DNA of 64,000 bases from Girardia tigrina. Taxonomy: Eukaryota. The notes below the pieces were generated by a model. The model did not search any database. It was not told the DNA's origin and saw nothing but the letters and a program-made list of their open reading frames with translations. A program made the position numbers and the translations under genes. The stretch covers positions 1 to 64,000 of the forward strand of contig MQRK01254984.1 in assembly GCA_001938485.1 (NCBI GenBank), written 5' to 3'. Numbering within the stretch: the stretch's first letter is position 1; every line of letters starts with the position of its first letter. Shown here piece by piece: positions 51,522-64,000 of this stretch.

Positions 51522-52163
51522 CGTAGCACGTTAAAACACCGAAAAAAACATCGAAAAATTATGAAAAAAAATCGAAAAAGATTTATTAGTAATAAATAAA
51601 ACCAGCCAATACCAAAATATATGCTTCTGGATTTCTATTGACTCGGTCTATTAAAAAAGCTATTGATTTTTCGTTAAAAGCCACATATTTCTTTTTTTTC
51701 TCATGGTTTCACCATTCGTCAACATAAGGAATTTTTGAAAACACGATCTTTCTTCAAATTTTACTTTCTGCATAAAATTTTTAAGTGTTGGATTCGAATT
51801 ACAATATATATTTCTGCATGAATTGTGCCATTCTTCAATGGCATAATTAGTTCTAGTAATATCATTAAAAAGACGGGTTCTTGCATGCCATAAATGCAAT
51901 GGAAAACTGATCCTACCTAAAATTTCATCAAGTTCCGTTCCCATATAATATTCGTGAAAATATGAGTAAATTTCTCCTTTTTAGATCCTCACAAGTTACT
52001 ATGCTTTTGGCGGATGTGTTCCGTTACTACTACCACGTATTCAGGACTCTAATACTCAATCTAATCGTTCCAATTTTATTATATGAGGAACCGAAGCTGC
52101 GTGGCTACATCATTTCATTTAATGTTTTATTAAAACTTTTTTTCGAAGTTTTAACGTGGTACC
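51522..52163 (-). mobile_element. Internally deleted MULE/Mutator element
   Basis: Imperfect TIRs CGTAGCACGTTAAAACACCGAAAAAA / TTTTTTCGAAGTTTTAACGTGGTACC; 9-bp TSD GAAGATGAC/CAAGATGAC; FPLHLW..RTNYAIEEWHN motif. Confidence 0.88.
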
Positions 52164-52409
52164 CAAGATGACGGTTGATTCGTCAAAATATATTGTCAAT
52201 AAATATATTTTTAAATGGATGAGTGTTGTTATTTAAAAATTATCAACTCGTAAAAAATATTAAAAAGGATTTTTATATTAAATTAAAATAAAGATGTTGT
52301 CGAACACGCGTTTAAAGTTAAATTTCTTCACTCTTCACGTTCTTAAACTGGTGGGGACCCATAACCGACTACACTCAATCGTTAATTTCAATGATGTTTC
52401 TGTCTCTAG

Positions 52410-52491
52410 TTTCGGACGGCCGGGAGTCGATCAACAGTTCCAGCAGCCCTCGAACAGCTCGATCATTCAGATAATATTCCTCGTTAATCAG
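52410..52491 (+). CDS. STXBP5: Tomosyn coding exon 3 (82 nt)
   Basis: TCTCTAG acceptor, phase-compatible with exon 2; FGRPGVDQQFQQPSNSSIIQIIFLVNQ ~ FGRPGVECYCQHDSGAAVIQLQFLINE; GT donor at 52492. Confidence 0.9.
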
Positions 52492-52684
52492 GTTTCGATT
52501 ATCAAATTTCTGTTTGAATTTTACTTTTAAAATATTTTAAAAAACATTTATAAAATTATTAAATTAATAATTTTAAAAAAGAATAAATTATTTTTAAATA
52601 CTAATTAATTATCGTTAAATAATAAATATACAATAAATCAATTTCTATCGGATAATTTATATTAATAGAGGATTTTTCGATTGT

Positions 52685-53375
52685 TTATGAATTAATTTGT
52701 GATTATTTATGAATTAATTTGTGAATATTTATTAATTAATTTGTGATTATTTACGAATTAATTTGTGAATATTTATTAATTAATTTGTGATTATTTATGA
52801 ATTAATTTGTGATTATTTATGAATTAATTTGTGAATATTTATTAATTAATTTTTGGTTATTTATGAATTAATTTGTGAATATTTATTAATTAATTTGTGA
52901 TTATTTATCAATTAATTTGTGATTATTTATCAATTAATTTGTGATTATTTATTAATTAATTTGTGATTATTTATCAATTAATTTGTGATTATTTATTAAT
53001 TAATTTGTGATTATTTATGAATTAATTTGTGATTATTTATGAATTAATTTGTGATTATTTATGAATTAATTTGTGATTATTTTTAATTAATTTCTGAATA
53101 TTTATTAATTAATTTGTGATTATTTATGTATTAATTTGTGAATATTTATTAATTTATTAGTAAATATTTATTAATTAATTTGTAATTATTTATGAATTAA
53201 TTTGTGAATATTTATTAATTAATTTGTGATTATTTAATTATTAATTTGTGATTATTTATGTATTAATTTGTGAATATTTATTAATTTATTTGTAAATATT
53301 TATTAATTAATTTGTGATTATTTATGAATTAATTTATGATTATTTAATTATTAATTTGTGATTATTTTTTGATAT
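52685..53375. repeat. 22-bp minisatellite (GAATTAATTTGTGATTATTTAT)n
   Basis: Directly visible tandem array. Confidence 0.95.
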
Positions 53376-54321
53376 TAATTATTGATTTATTGGAAAAGTA
53401 GAGATTTTGTTAGTGAGGAAAACCAATTTAGTTTTAATCGTCACTTCCGTACTAGAATTACTGATAAATTAGCATTAATTATTAGAAAATATTGAATGTA
53501 TAAATTGAAAATTCCTAAATTAATATTATTTTTTGTGTGAAGTAAAAAGAATTCATAACTCTTTATGTTTTCTAAACGACATTTAAATTTTAAATTTAAA
53601 TTTAATTTTGGTAATTATGGAATTTGTCTTATCGACATTGATGACGATTATTATTATTGATGCTATTAATTTTTTTTAATCATTGACATTGCAGATTATC
53701 TATTTTATCCAGGACATTTTAAATTTGACTTTTTTTAAATTTATTCTTTAGCAAAATTTAAATAATATTTCTATTTACTGGAATATATTTATTTGAACAA
53801 TAATTTTTAATTAAAATTTTTGAGTTTTATTCTGAAATATTAAAAGTTTCATTTTAGATTTTATTCAATTTTATATTTTTTATTTATTTAATTTTTAAAT
53901 TATTTTTTAAACAATTATTAGAATATCCTATTTAATTACAGTATTTTTACTAATCAATTAGATAAATCAAGATCAATATAGATCTTACTTTTCAATATGT
54001 ATGACTCAAGTTAACCGCATGAGACTACTTGTTGTGATTGTTAAAATCTTTTTTCAAAAATCCTTACAATTATTTAATTTTTGAAATAATTAATTTGTAA
54101 AAACATGAAAATAAAAAAATATATATTTTAGACATATAAAATATAAAAGTCCAATTCATTTAAAAGATTAATCAATTACATTTTTTTCCAAATAATTTGT
54201 CATTATTTTTAATTTCTCAATAGTAATTCTTTAATTATTTTTTAGTTTTCATCACTAGAAAAAATTGAACTTAAAATTTTATGGAAATTAAAACTGTCTT
54301 GCAAAAATGATATCAAAATTA

Positions 54322-54530
54322 CCGGATATTTCCGTAAATAATCTCTGGGACATCTTTCGAAAAATCGTATTTTTTGTACAAAAATCGTCATTGTACAAAG
54401 TAAAAATGAATATACATAATTTTATAAAATCCACTATACTTTTTTTTTCAAAAAAAGTAATTTCGAGAAATTTTCCGAAAATAATCCCATCTAAAAATAA
54501 GTTCATGGGCTTATTTTCGGAGGTATCCGG
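54322..54530. mobile_element. Tc1/pogo-type MITE
   Basis: TA-flanked IR CCGGATATTTCCGTAAATAA / TTATTTTCGGAGGTATCCGG. Confidence 0.7.
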
Positions 54531-55919
54531 TATTCTTGGTGACCAGAACAAAACATCACATGAAAAAAACACCACACAAGAAACACCACACTTTTTTTTC
54601 TTGTGATGTTCTTTTGTGGAACCTGTTTCTTATATGTTCTATATTTTTAAAAATGTGTAATTAAAAAAAAATACCAAAATGTCGTCACAATTTGAACCAA
54701 AATTAAAAAAAATAAGTTCTGATGTCGAAAAAATGAATTTGCAAGGTTTTGTATGAAAAACGAGAATGCTTATCGAGTTTCAGATTATTAACGAGAAATA
54801 ATTGCAACTTTTTCCAAAGAAGACACATTTAAAAAAAGGTTCACATTTAAAATTTATCAAGATATAAAATTTACGTACATCGTTTCAAGATAAAATCAAA
54901 AGTGATATTGTTAGTTTCATTAATTTAGTCTTTCGCGTATTTCGTACTGATTCCAAAAATAAACTCGAACAAAAGCAAGATAATCTTACAGTGATATTGG
55001 TATATATCGTCAAAGATGAATTACAATAGTGTTAGCAATTATCACGGAGGGTTAAGTGAACTGTCAATGTTTGAGGTTGTTATCACCATAGGCGATGTGA
55101 TCAGTCTCGTAAACAAGGTAAATATTCCGATAACAGTTGTCCAAAAATGAATCTTTCAATCCTCAGCCAAATAACTCGGTCAGCAGCAATAATAATTGTA
55201 TTTGATCATCTGCCAAAAGTAAATAATAATTGTAATTTTTCAAACCATATAAATATTGATTTTTTTTGTATTTAAGTTGCCTTTGGCAATTTAATAATAA
55301 ATTATATATAATTTAGTTTAGGGAAATTGATGGGGGAAATGCTTCTGTTTCTTCCTTCACTTATCTTCTTCTTTCTTCTTTGATTAAACTCCTTCTTTCT
55401 TGTTAATAATAAAAATTTAAATAAATAAAAAAATAGAAATTACACTTTTCATTTTGTAAACCACACACACAAACATTGCTTAGCTACAATACGGCAAAGA
55501 AAGTGTTAAAAAACAGAGGACAAACTTCTAGAATAAGACTTATAAACAAAGACAAGAAAGAAAAGTCTCGCACTCAAATCAAAAACACAGAAAAAAATAC
55601 TTTTGCAGAAATATTACAGTTATAAATAAATAGTAATTTTGCATACAGTAGATTCTTTTTTATTTGATAGATACGTTCCGCAAGAACAGCATAAAAACCG
55701 CAAAAAAGGATACTAATTCTATAGCAAAACCATATATACGTTCCAAAATTTCTAAGAACCGCATAAATCCGAAATAATGCAATAAAATCACATAAAAAGG
55801 GTACTAATTCTTTAGTAAAAGCATATATAGGTTCCAAATTTCTAAGAACCGCATAAATATGATATAATACAATAAAATCACATAAAATGAGTACTAATTC
55901 CAATAGTAAAAAAGATATA

Positions 55920-56180
55920 ATTTCTGCAGTTGATATTTCTTCTGGTAGGCTTTTCCCTTTCCTGCATTCTCGCCAAATCGTTTTCCAGCAAGCATTTAAA
56001 GTTTGTCGTTTTATAGCTTTAACAGCCAAATCAGGATGACTTATGCAATTCAAAATCGAATTTTTTTCCAGATATTCATAACTGTCATCTCTTCATTCTC
56101 TATCTTGTCCGAAATGAGCTGAAATGTCCACTTTACATAATGTATGTTAAAACTGCAGATGATGCCCTGATCCAATTTTC
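55920..56180 (-). mobile_element. Tigger (TIGD1-like) transposase fragment
   Basis: LDQGII..F..HY and TLNACWKTIW motifs. Confidence 0.7.
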
Positions 56181-57543
56181 TTCATACAAAAAAACTGAAT
56201 ATGGAAAGTGGAATTAATGAATCTTAAACCGTAATCCTAACTCAGAACCATGTAGTTTGTAAATTATTATATGTCAGGCGTGAAGCATTGCTATAATTAA
56301 TGTTCACATAATATTTATACTTAATCTTATAATCGATTTAGTCTATTTATTATCATTGTTTATTGATAAATGTTGCGTAATCAGAATTTCGAATATTAAA
56401 AAAAGATGAAGTAAAATAATCAATGATACATGTCAAATTGTCAAATCAGCAGTTATATAATATTTGATGGTTATGTTTTAAACATATTTATTTGAAGTAT
56501 AATTGACAAGTTAAATTAAATATGCACCTGAAACAATCGAAATCTAATATTTATTCTTTTTGATCAGTCTAATTAATTATGATTAAAAAGAATTCTTAAA
56601 TTAATTCAGAAATCCTTTAGAGTTAAGAATCATTTTGTTAATTTATTTTAATGTGTCATTATATAAGAGAAAAGCAATGTTAAGATTAATATAAATAATC
56701 AATTGATAAATGATCAAATAAAAAAAGTGGAACTAAAATATTAGTAAACCAAATCAAAAAGAGTAAAATGTTCCAAAAAGAGCAAATAAAAGAAAACTAA
56801 CAACACTCAAGGTCTCCTTGCTGAATCTTGGAATTTTCAATGTCCTCTTTTTGGTCTTAAAGATTTCTTGAAAAATTAGTGATAAACGTTGAAATTTTTT
56901 AAAATTAACTCTAATTTTATTTATTAAATGCTGATTTTCTCAATACATTTTTCAAAATTTGCTTCAAACATTTTTGAGCTACTTTTTTTGACGTTTCTAA
57001 AATGCTTTATATTAAAATTGTCTTATTTTTATTTCTTTATTGATAATTTTATTTCTATTTATATTTAAATTTCAATAAATTTACGAATGTTATTTTTGGA
57101 GGAATGTTTTGAATTGTTTGTTGTTTTATATTTTGCATGTTGTATTTTGATTCGGATTGTGTCTCTCCTACCAGGTGGCTGATTGGTATTTTCTTTGATT
57201 CCTTTAAATTGAAAATAATTTAATTTAATTTTAAAGTAAAGACTTAAAATATTTTTCAAATGTAATATTTAAATTTTCGAATGCAATATTTAATATTTAA
57301 TGTAATTAATATTTTTAATGTATTAATTTTATTGATACTTTTTAAAAAAATGTTTAGATTTAGTCAACAAATTAGAATTTTCCTAATTAATTAATAATAA
57401 CAAATATTTTTCATTTATTCCATTATTTTTATTAGCTTACTTTCTATTTATATATATTTATGCATATCCATGGAATTTAGAAACCTATTTTTGAAGGCCT
57501 TTTTGAAGGATTCGATCAATTTTCTTCAAACTTTGTACACTTA

Positions 57544-57761
57544 CCGTATTTTTGCGCCTATAACCCGCAGGTCATGTGCGATTTTATCTACGCCCCACGC
57601 TACTCGCAGGATATAAAAATAGGCGGTGTATCCTAAAATATAATTTACATGATAACAACTAACATTTCAAGATGATAAACAGCGGATAAAATGTGTTTTT
57701 ACATACTCCAAATGTCCATGGCGATGAAAAAATTATGCGGGTTATATGCGCGAAAATACGG
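57544..57761. mobile_element. pogo-type MITE
   Basis: TA-flanked IR CCGTATTTTTGCGCCTATAACCCGCA / TGCGGGTTATATGCGCGAAAATACGG. Confidence 0.85.
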
Positions 57762-59409
57762 TACTCCTTTTCGATGACAATAAATGATTATGTGAAAATT
57801 TGATCAAAAAAACTTTTTAAGGTCTCAAAATTTGAAAAAAACGGAAAATTCGGAGTTCCTAAACAATATTAATTGAAAAAAAGTCTACTTATAGATTATA
57901 AGTAGTTTATATTAATTTTTTATTGTTTTTTTAATTATAATTTTTTAAATTTTATAAACTTTGTTGGCAAAGTCGATTTTTGTCTGCATAAAGAATGGAT
58001 ATAAAAATTTAATGTTTTGATTTACTAGTTTTAAAAAATTAGGAAAAAACTCAAATATATTAATCAAGAAAAATGTCGAATAGTGGAATTGGTTTGAATA
58101 ATTGCTGTGATGACAAATCTTTTTGTGATAATAATAAATATTTGAAAAATAATATTGATGTTGTTAATATTTTTTTGTAATTTAATATTTTCCTCTTCAT
58201 CCAACATAATTTCTAAAAAAAGTTAAAATTTCCAAAATGTATTTTATCACAATTTCTAAATATTTCTGAATATTTAAATAATGTTTAGGAGATTTGTTGT
58301 GATTTTTAATTTAACCGTGTTTTATAAATAAAGTTATATGATATAATATTAAAATATTGATAATTTAATATTAGAAATTAAAATATCTAATTTTATCCTT
58401 ATAACTCTTACAGTTATTACAAAACATATTTGATAATTAATATTCTAGATTAGATTTAATATTCTAAATAAAAGAAATATATAAAATTTAAATTAAATGA
58501 TAATAATAGATTTAATTAATTACAAGCATTTAACATAGATACTGTTATTCGGATGTTTTTGAGTTATGATAATTAGAGGAATGACTCCAAACACTGTGAG
58601 TAATTTCTTTGATCATATAATTTGTGTATTTTTTTACTAATAAGAAAGTTTTTAATATCAAATAGAAAATATTGTTAGCGAAGTAGTACAAATCCCGACA
58701 AATGATACATGTTCAAAATATCATAATTCATTTTTTGCACTTGTAACGCTTATTTTATCAACATAAATTGTATTTTGAAATAAGTGAGAACAATTATAAT
58801 TTATTGAAGGTAAAATGTTCTCCGATTGTCAGACAAATAAAGATATTGTTCTTCAGTTTTATTATTTCCTTGATCTGTAGACTTAAATATTGTAGAATGA
58901 GAATATCAAATGAATATCAAATCAGCAATTATTTATTAACTTCTCTATGTGTTAATATATTTTATATGCTAATTGTTAACATCATTAATTTTTAAAAAGG
59001 CCAAGAATCTTTTAGGAGTCGATAGAGTGGGGATTTAATGCTTAATTAATTAATTAGTTATTTAATTCTTATTTTAGTGTGATGTCTGAAATTCTCGAAC
59101 AAATGCTATTTAGTATTCTCTACTAATGTTTTATTAGCGACTCCTTGAAAAGCTTTATATTAAATAATTTTGAATATTTTAATTAATAAATAAATTAGTA
59201 TTCCTTAATTTATATTTGAGAACTCTTCGTTTTAAAAATTGCTCTTATTTTAATTAACATTTCAGTGTTTTTATTTTGTAGAAATTTTATTTTTCAACAT
59301 ATTTTACAATAAAAACAAATAATTAAAAGTATGTAATCGTAATCAATCTACCAGTCATTTAACACAATCTCAAAGACTACTTGAATAACAAGATTGATAT
59401 CAACATTAT

Positions 59410-59830
59410 AGAGGGTGTTATAAAAGTGATGGAAAATTATACCGCTTGAAGTTTTACTTATTCTATTGATTGCATAGGCAATTGAAAGAAACTAAGGCAA
59501 AAATCAAAGATGTTCGAAGATTCCTTCATCGTTTTGAACTGATATCATCATTCAGTCTCGAAAAAAAAAACCGCACATCATTCTACAAAGTCTTATATCA
59601 ATTGTTTTTATTCTTTCAAAAATCTCAAGTCTCTGTTACTTATGAGACATAGGTTGGCGTAGGTTCAGTACACGTTAGATGAAAAAATCTACATGTATGA
59701 AATCAGTGACCTGGTTAGCCACTCAATTGGATTCTTCAAACCAGTCAACCTTTCTGGAAAGGTTTCGTTGAGAAACTGTCTCAAGTTAGTTCCAAAATGC
59801 GGTAGAGCACCATCTTACTTAAACTTTTCA
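59410..59830 (-). mobile_element. Degenerate mariner-like (DD41D/rosa-type) remnant
   Basis: DGALPHF..RQFLNETFPER..IEWL.RS motif; AGGGTG TIR-like end. Confidence 0.65.
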
Positions 59831-60363
59831 TAGTAATTATAGTCAGCTAAGCAAGAATTCAATTTTTTCTGTTAAAAGAACTTTAAAAAATAAGGATCAA
59901 CTATCTTCACAGATGATATATCACTTTAAATAGTTTTTTTGGTCATGTAATTTGAGTTGGTAGCATTCTAGTTAACTGAATTATGACGATTTAAATAACA
60001 ATTTAATTTAAAAATGAACTTGTCTTAACATATAATCTTATCGATTCTTACATGAACTGTTCTGCATATTTTTTTCAAAAATTGTCAGCCTCGTTTATCC
60101 TCATTAAAGTTATGGAACAAACAAAATTGTAAGGTTTATAACCTGGCTCTTTTGTGTGTTGAAGACAGTAACATGAAGCACTCCTAATTTGAAGCAACAA
60201 AAGCCTGACTAGTGATTCAACGAGTTGATGTTGACGTATTTAAATAAATTTCTTATCACAAGTTTTTTGAAGTCAGTAGATTTACTTAAAAATGGTTGAC
60301 CTAATTGATGTTTATCAGCAATAAATCCACTTTATTCAAACTTACGAATAAGTATCATTACTA

Positions 60364-61395
60364 TTGGGTTGTTCGGAAAGTCATTTCGTTTTTTAAATTA
60401 AAGTAAAAGACAAATTTTTATGACGAATAAATATTTTATTGAAATACATATTGACCATTGTGGTTCAATACCTTCTTTCATCTTCCTGGCAGTGACATGA
60501 TTCCACGTTCATAAAATATTTGTTCTCTGCTGCTAAAAAACTTTTCCAGGTGATTTTTAAAATCTTAATTTGATCCAAAAGTGTTACCATCTAAATAATT
60601 TTGTAGAGACCGGAACAAATGATAATCAGAAGGTGCGAGGTCTGGGGAATATGGTGTGTGAGGCATGATGTTCCATCCAAGCTGTAAAAGCTTTTTTGCT
60701 AGTTACCAAACTTGTATGAGGTCTGACATTATCTTGGTGAAACACTACACCTTTTCTATTGATCAATTCTGGCCTTTTATGTTTAAGGGATTCATTTAAT
60801 TTGTCCAGCTGATGACAGTAGACGTCCGAATTGATTGTAGTTTTGTCTGGAAGAAGCTCATAAAATACGATTCCTTGGAAATCCCACCAAACAGATAGCA
60901 TCACTTTTTTATGAATGTCAGCTTTCGAAGTGCTTTGAGCAGGTTGATCTTTTTTACTCCAAGATCTCTTTCGTTTTACATTATTGTAGACTACCCATTT
61001 GTCATCTCCAGTGACGATGCGCTTCAAAAATGGATCATTTTCTTGACGTTTGAGAAGCATATAGCAGATGTCTAAACTAAGCATAAATTTCGTTCGGCAA
61101 GATTATGAGGAATCCATGTGTCGAGTTTTGATGTAAAACCTAGGCGCTTCAAGTGATCATAGACGGTTGAATTAGATAAATGTAATGTCTGGGCAATTTC
61201 GCGAGTTGTTATTCGCCGGTTTGAATCAATTAATGCCTTTATTATGTCTTAGTCGGCCGCAATGGGCCTTCCAGAACGTGAAGAATCTTCAACATCAAAA
61301 TTTCCAGATCTAAATTTTTTAAACCAGTTTTGACATTGGCTTTCTGTCAACACATCTTCTCCATACATTTCGCATAATTTTCTTCTTGCTTTTCT
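60364..61395 (-). mobile_element. 5'-truncated DD34D mariner (mellifera-like), frameshifted
   Basis: WIPHNL, IVTGDDKWVVYNNVKRKRSW, KVMLSVWWD, HQDNVRPH, YSPDLAPSDYHLFRSL; TA + TTGGGTTG TIR. Confidence 0.93.
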
Positions 61396-62227
61396 GTGAC
61401 ATTTGACATATTGTTTTATGGTGTATCAATATGATTTGATCAATATATTTGATCAAATTCGTGATCAAATCAATTTTTATGTTTATACATCGAACCATTA
61501 ATACCTAGCAATAAACTACACAACTGTATGACTTAACTCCAATGAAATGACAAGTACGAATCGGTTGGACCATCAGTATAGAAATATTTATTGTAACCAC
61601 TCGTGAAAGAGAATAAAATTCGACAAATCATAAACTGAATGTGTTAAGAATCAAGGACTTGTATTTAATTGACTGGTTATGATGTTTAAGGTTTAATTTA
61701 AATCCTTTTCAACCATGAAAATTTTGCATTACTTTTTTAGCAACCTGTAATTTTTACACTTCAAAGCTTTTGTATTATAAAAGTTACGAAGTCTTTTATT
61801 GAGAAGTAATCTATACAAGTGATAAAAAATACTTTAGAATTTCAATTAAAAAATTATGATATAAATTTTTGCACAAAGTGATCTAAATTATCATGCATAC
61901 ATGATGTGCATAAACCTACCAAAATCAGAGTTTAAAATAATTTGTTATAAAAACAACTTCCGATTCGCCCTACGTACGAATTGCTTATTGACGAATTTAA
62001 AGCTGGCCATACACTGACTTTGAGAACCGGTGCACCGGAGGAAATTTCGGTAGGTTATTGAAATTATTTAAACAAAAACTGTTATTTTATCGAAATATTA
62101 AATACTTTTTTTTATTTTTCAGAAACGTTGCGCATTAAATTTTAAGTTATTTACTAATTATAGTATAATTATACAATACATTAATAATAATAATACAATT
62201 AAAAATAAGATGACAAACACATTTTTA

Positions 62228-62452
62228 TTACAAAAAAATTAAAAAGGGGAGCAATGTGACAATCTTTAATGTAAAACAATTTCGTTGCGCTGTTACGATA
62301 TTTTCTGTTACTGAAAGTACACGTTCAGAAGGAACACTGGTAGCGGGTATAGATAAAAATTTCCTGACATAAGATGCAATAATCAATAAACGATTAGTAT
62401 TTTCGTACCGCCATAGGTTTCTTTCTTGCACATTTTGATTCAGAGGCTTCAT
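62228..62452 (-). mobile_element. hAT dimerisation-domain fragment
   Basis: RKFLSIPATSVPSERVLS. Confidence 0.75.
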
Positions 62453-64000
62453 AAGGTAATACTTCAGTTGATTTATACATTCACAGATTACACTTTCAGA
62501 ATTAAAAATTAAAAAATTACTTTAAATTTTTAATGAAAATCAAATTAAAAGAGAAAATTATTTTGATAATTTCTGCAAAAAAACGATATTTTATTTTGTT
62601 ATTTCCATTTCTTACGGAAACCGATCTTGAAAGAATGTCCAATGTTGATATATCTAATTTAAAAAGATTAATTTAGAAAATTAAATTTTTATGATTAGAG
62701 ATTTGTTTTTCATTAAAATTTCATTGCTGGACAAACATTTTTTCTATGTCTTCGAATGTTCTTATTGTTGAGTTGTTTTATTCTAGAACACAAGGTAATA
62801 TTAAAAATACAGTAAAACATTTTACGCCACACATTGCTTCTGTTATTAATTTCTAAAGTTTAAGAATTCATATTAATGTTCAAATTAGTTTCCAACCATT
62901 TTGAGAAAGTTCAACTGACAATATGTTATCACTTTTTTGTATATAACTGTAGAACTGCAGAAACGGAAAGTTTCTGTTCCAATAACCGCTCTAACATGTT
63001 AACCGAAGAGTTCTATCTAGTTATGGAGTCTTGAATCAACCGATGTTGCGAACTTCAAGTTTTTTTTGCCAAATGTTTAAAGTTGATGTAGCAAAAACAC
63101 TGTGTTTAAAATGTGCACCAAATTTCCGGCACTTTTGAAGTATATCTTTAACATAATCTAACCCTTTTTTTACAGTATTGAATGTGCGAAGCAAGATTGA
63201 TGTTTAAATTTAGGCTCCGGAAATGCAGCAATCATATTTATATCATTATCTGTAACAATTGTAACAAGGATACTAATATTTATCTTCCAATTGTCCAAGA
63301 TTGTATAGTTTTACGGCGAAATTCTTTCCTGTATGGCTTTCCGAAAATTCTTTTGTGGCGAGAAGATAAATTTTTTAATTCCAATCATTGGTAATATAAT
63401 GTACAGTGAAAGAAATATAACCACTTTGACAAATTGAAGTCCAGGTATCGGTATTAAGTGACAAATGATCTACATCACGTAAATTGTTCATTATTATGTT
63501 TCGTTTTTCATCAAATAGTCGATTCAATACAGTCTTTATTTAAAACGTTTTATTAAAAAATAATAAATAACGGTGCACCTAGACGAATGTAATATCCTGT
63601 AAAATTTACACAAATTATAAAATTTTTCCAAAATTGTCTCGTGTCTCAAAATATTGAATAAAAATTATTTTTCCAATAATATGGTCATTATAATCTTCTC
63701 GTTTGTGTTTGATTCAAACATTAAATGGGAAAATAATGGTTTCTAATAATAGAATTTGATTGAATAATGTATTTTAATCTCTTTTATAAATTTTTAATTG
63801 ACTCTGGGGTATAATTTACTGTATTGTATATGGCACATTAGTTTATAGGATATTTAAGTATGCTCAAAAGTATTAATTTAAAAATGAATGCATAATAAAA
63901 TTATTTAATACACTTATTATCACGAAAATATTAGTCTCATTAATACACAAAATATAATGTATAAATAAAACTAAAATCTAATATAAATAGCCAGCGCATG

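Noticed and set aside
52370-52510. Minus-strand open frame resembling a terminal exon (DNRNLINEEYY...)
   Set aside because: It is the antisense shadow of tomosyn exon 3
52500-64000. Tomosyn exon 4 (expected ..DD..HLWN.R..)
   Set aside because: No convincing match found; probably beyond the window or too divergent to see by eye

Overview
AT-rich eukaryotic draft-assembly DNA with six N gaps. It is animal, and plausibly a triclad flatworm; this is inferred from composition, ~50-nt introns and the transposon repertoire, not proven. Host genes: an intronless MKKS/BBS6-like chaperonin (4778-6421), an unassigned 554-aa ORF (35941-37605, minus), and the first three coding exons of tomosyn/STXBP5 (45350-52491, continuing past the window or to exons I could not find). 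The rest is mostly nested, decayed transposons: hAT, pogo/Tigger, mariners (including a plant-type DD39D), MULE, Gypsy, Helentron-type HINEs and several Penelope-like elements (PLEs) with minimal hammerhead ribozymes, plus two satellites. Most notable: (1) a hammerhead-flanked PLE at ~31.9-34.7 kb carrying an 18S rRNA fragment, an intronless WDR3/UTP12 fragment and a third unassigned piece; (2) two diverged, oppositely oriented, apparently non-coding spliced units sharing a 51-nt intron and a covarying hairpin; (3) further short GC-rich cargo inside transposons (an AGPAT fragment and a 296-bp structured insert). All calls are by eye; no searches were run.
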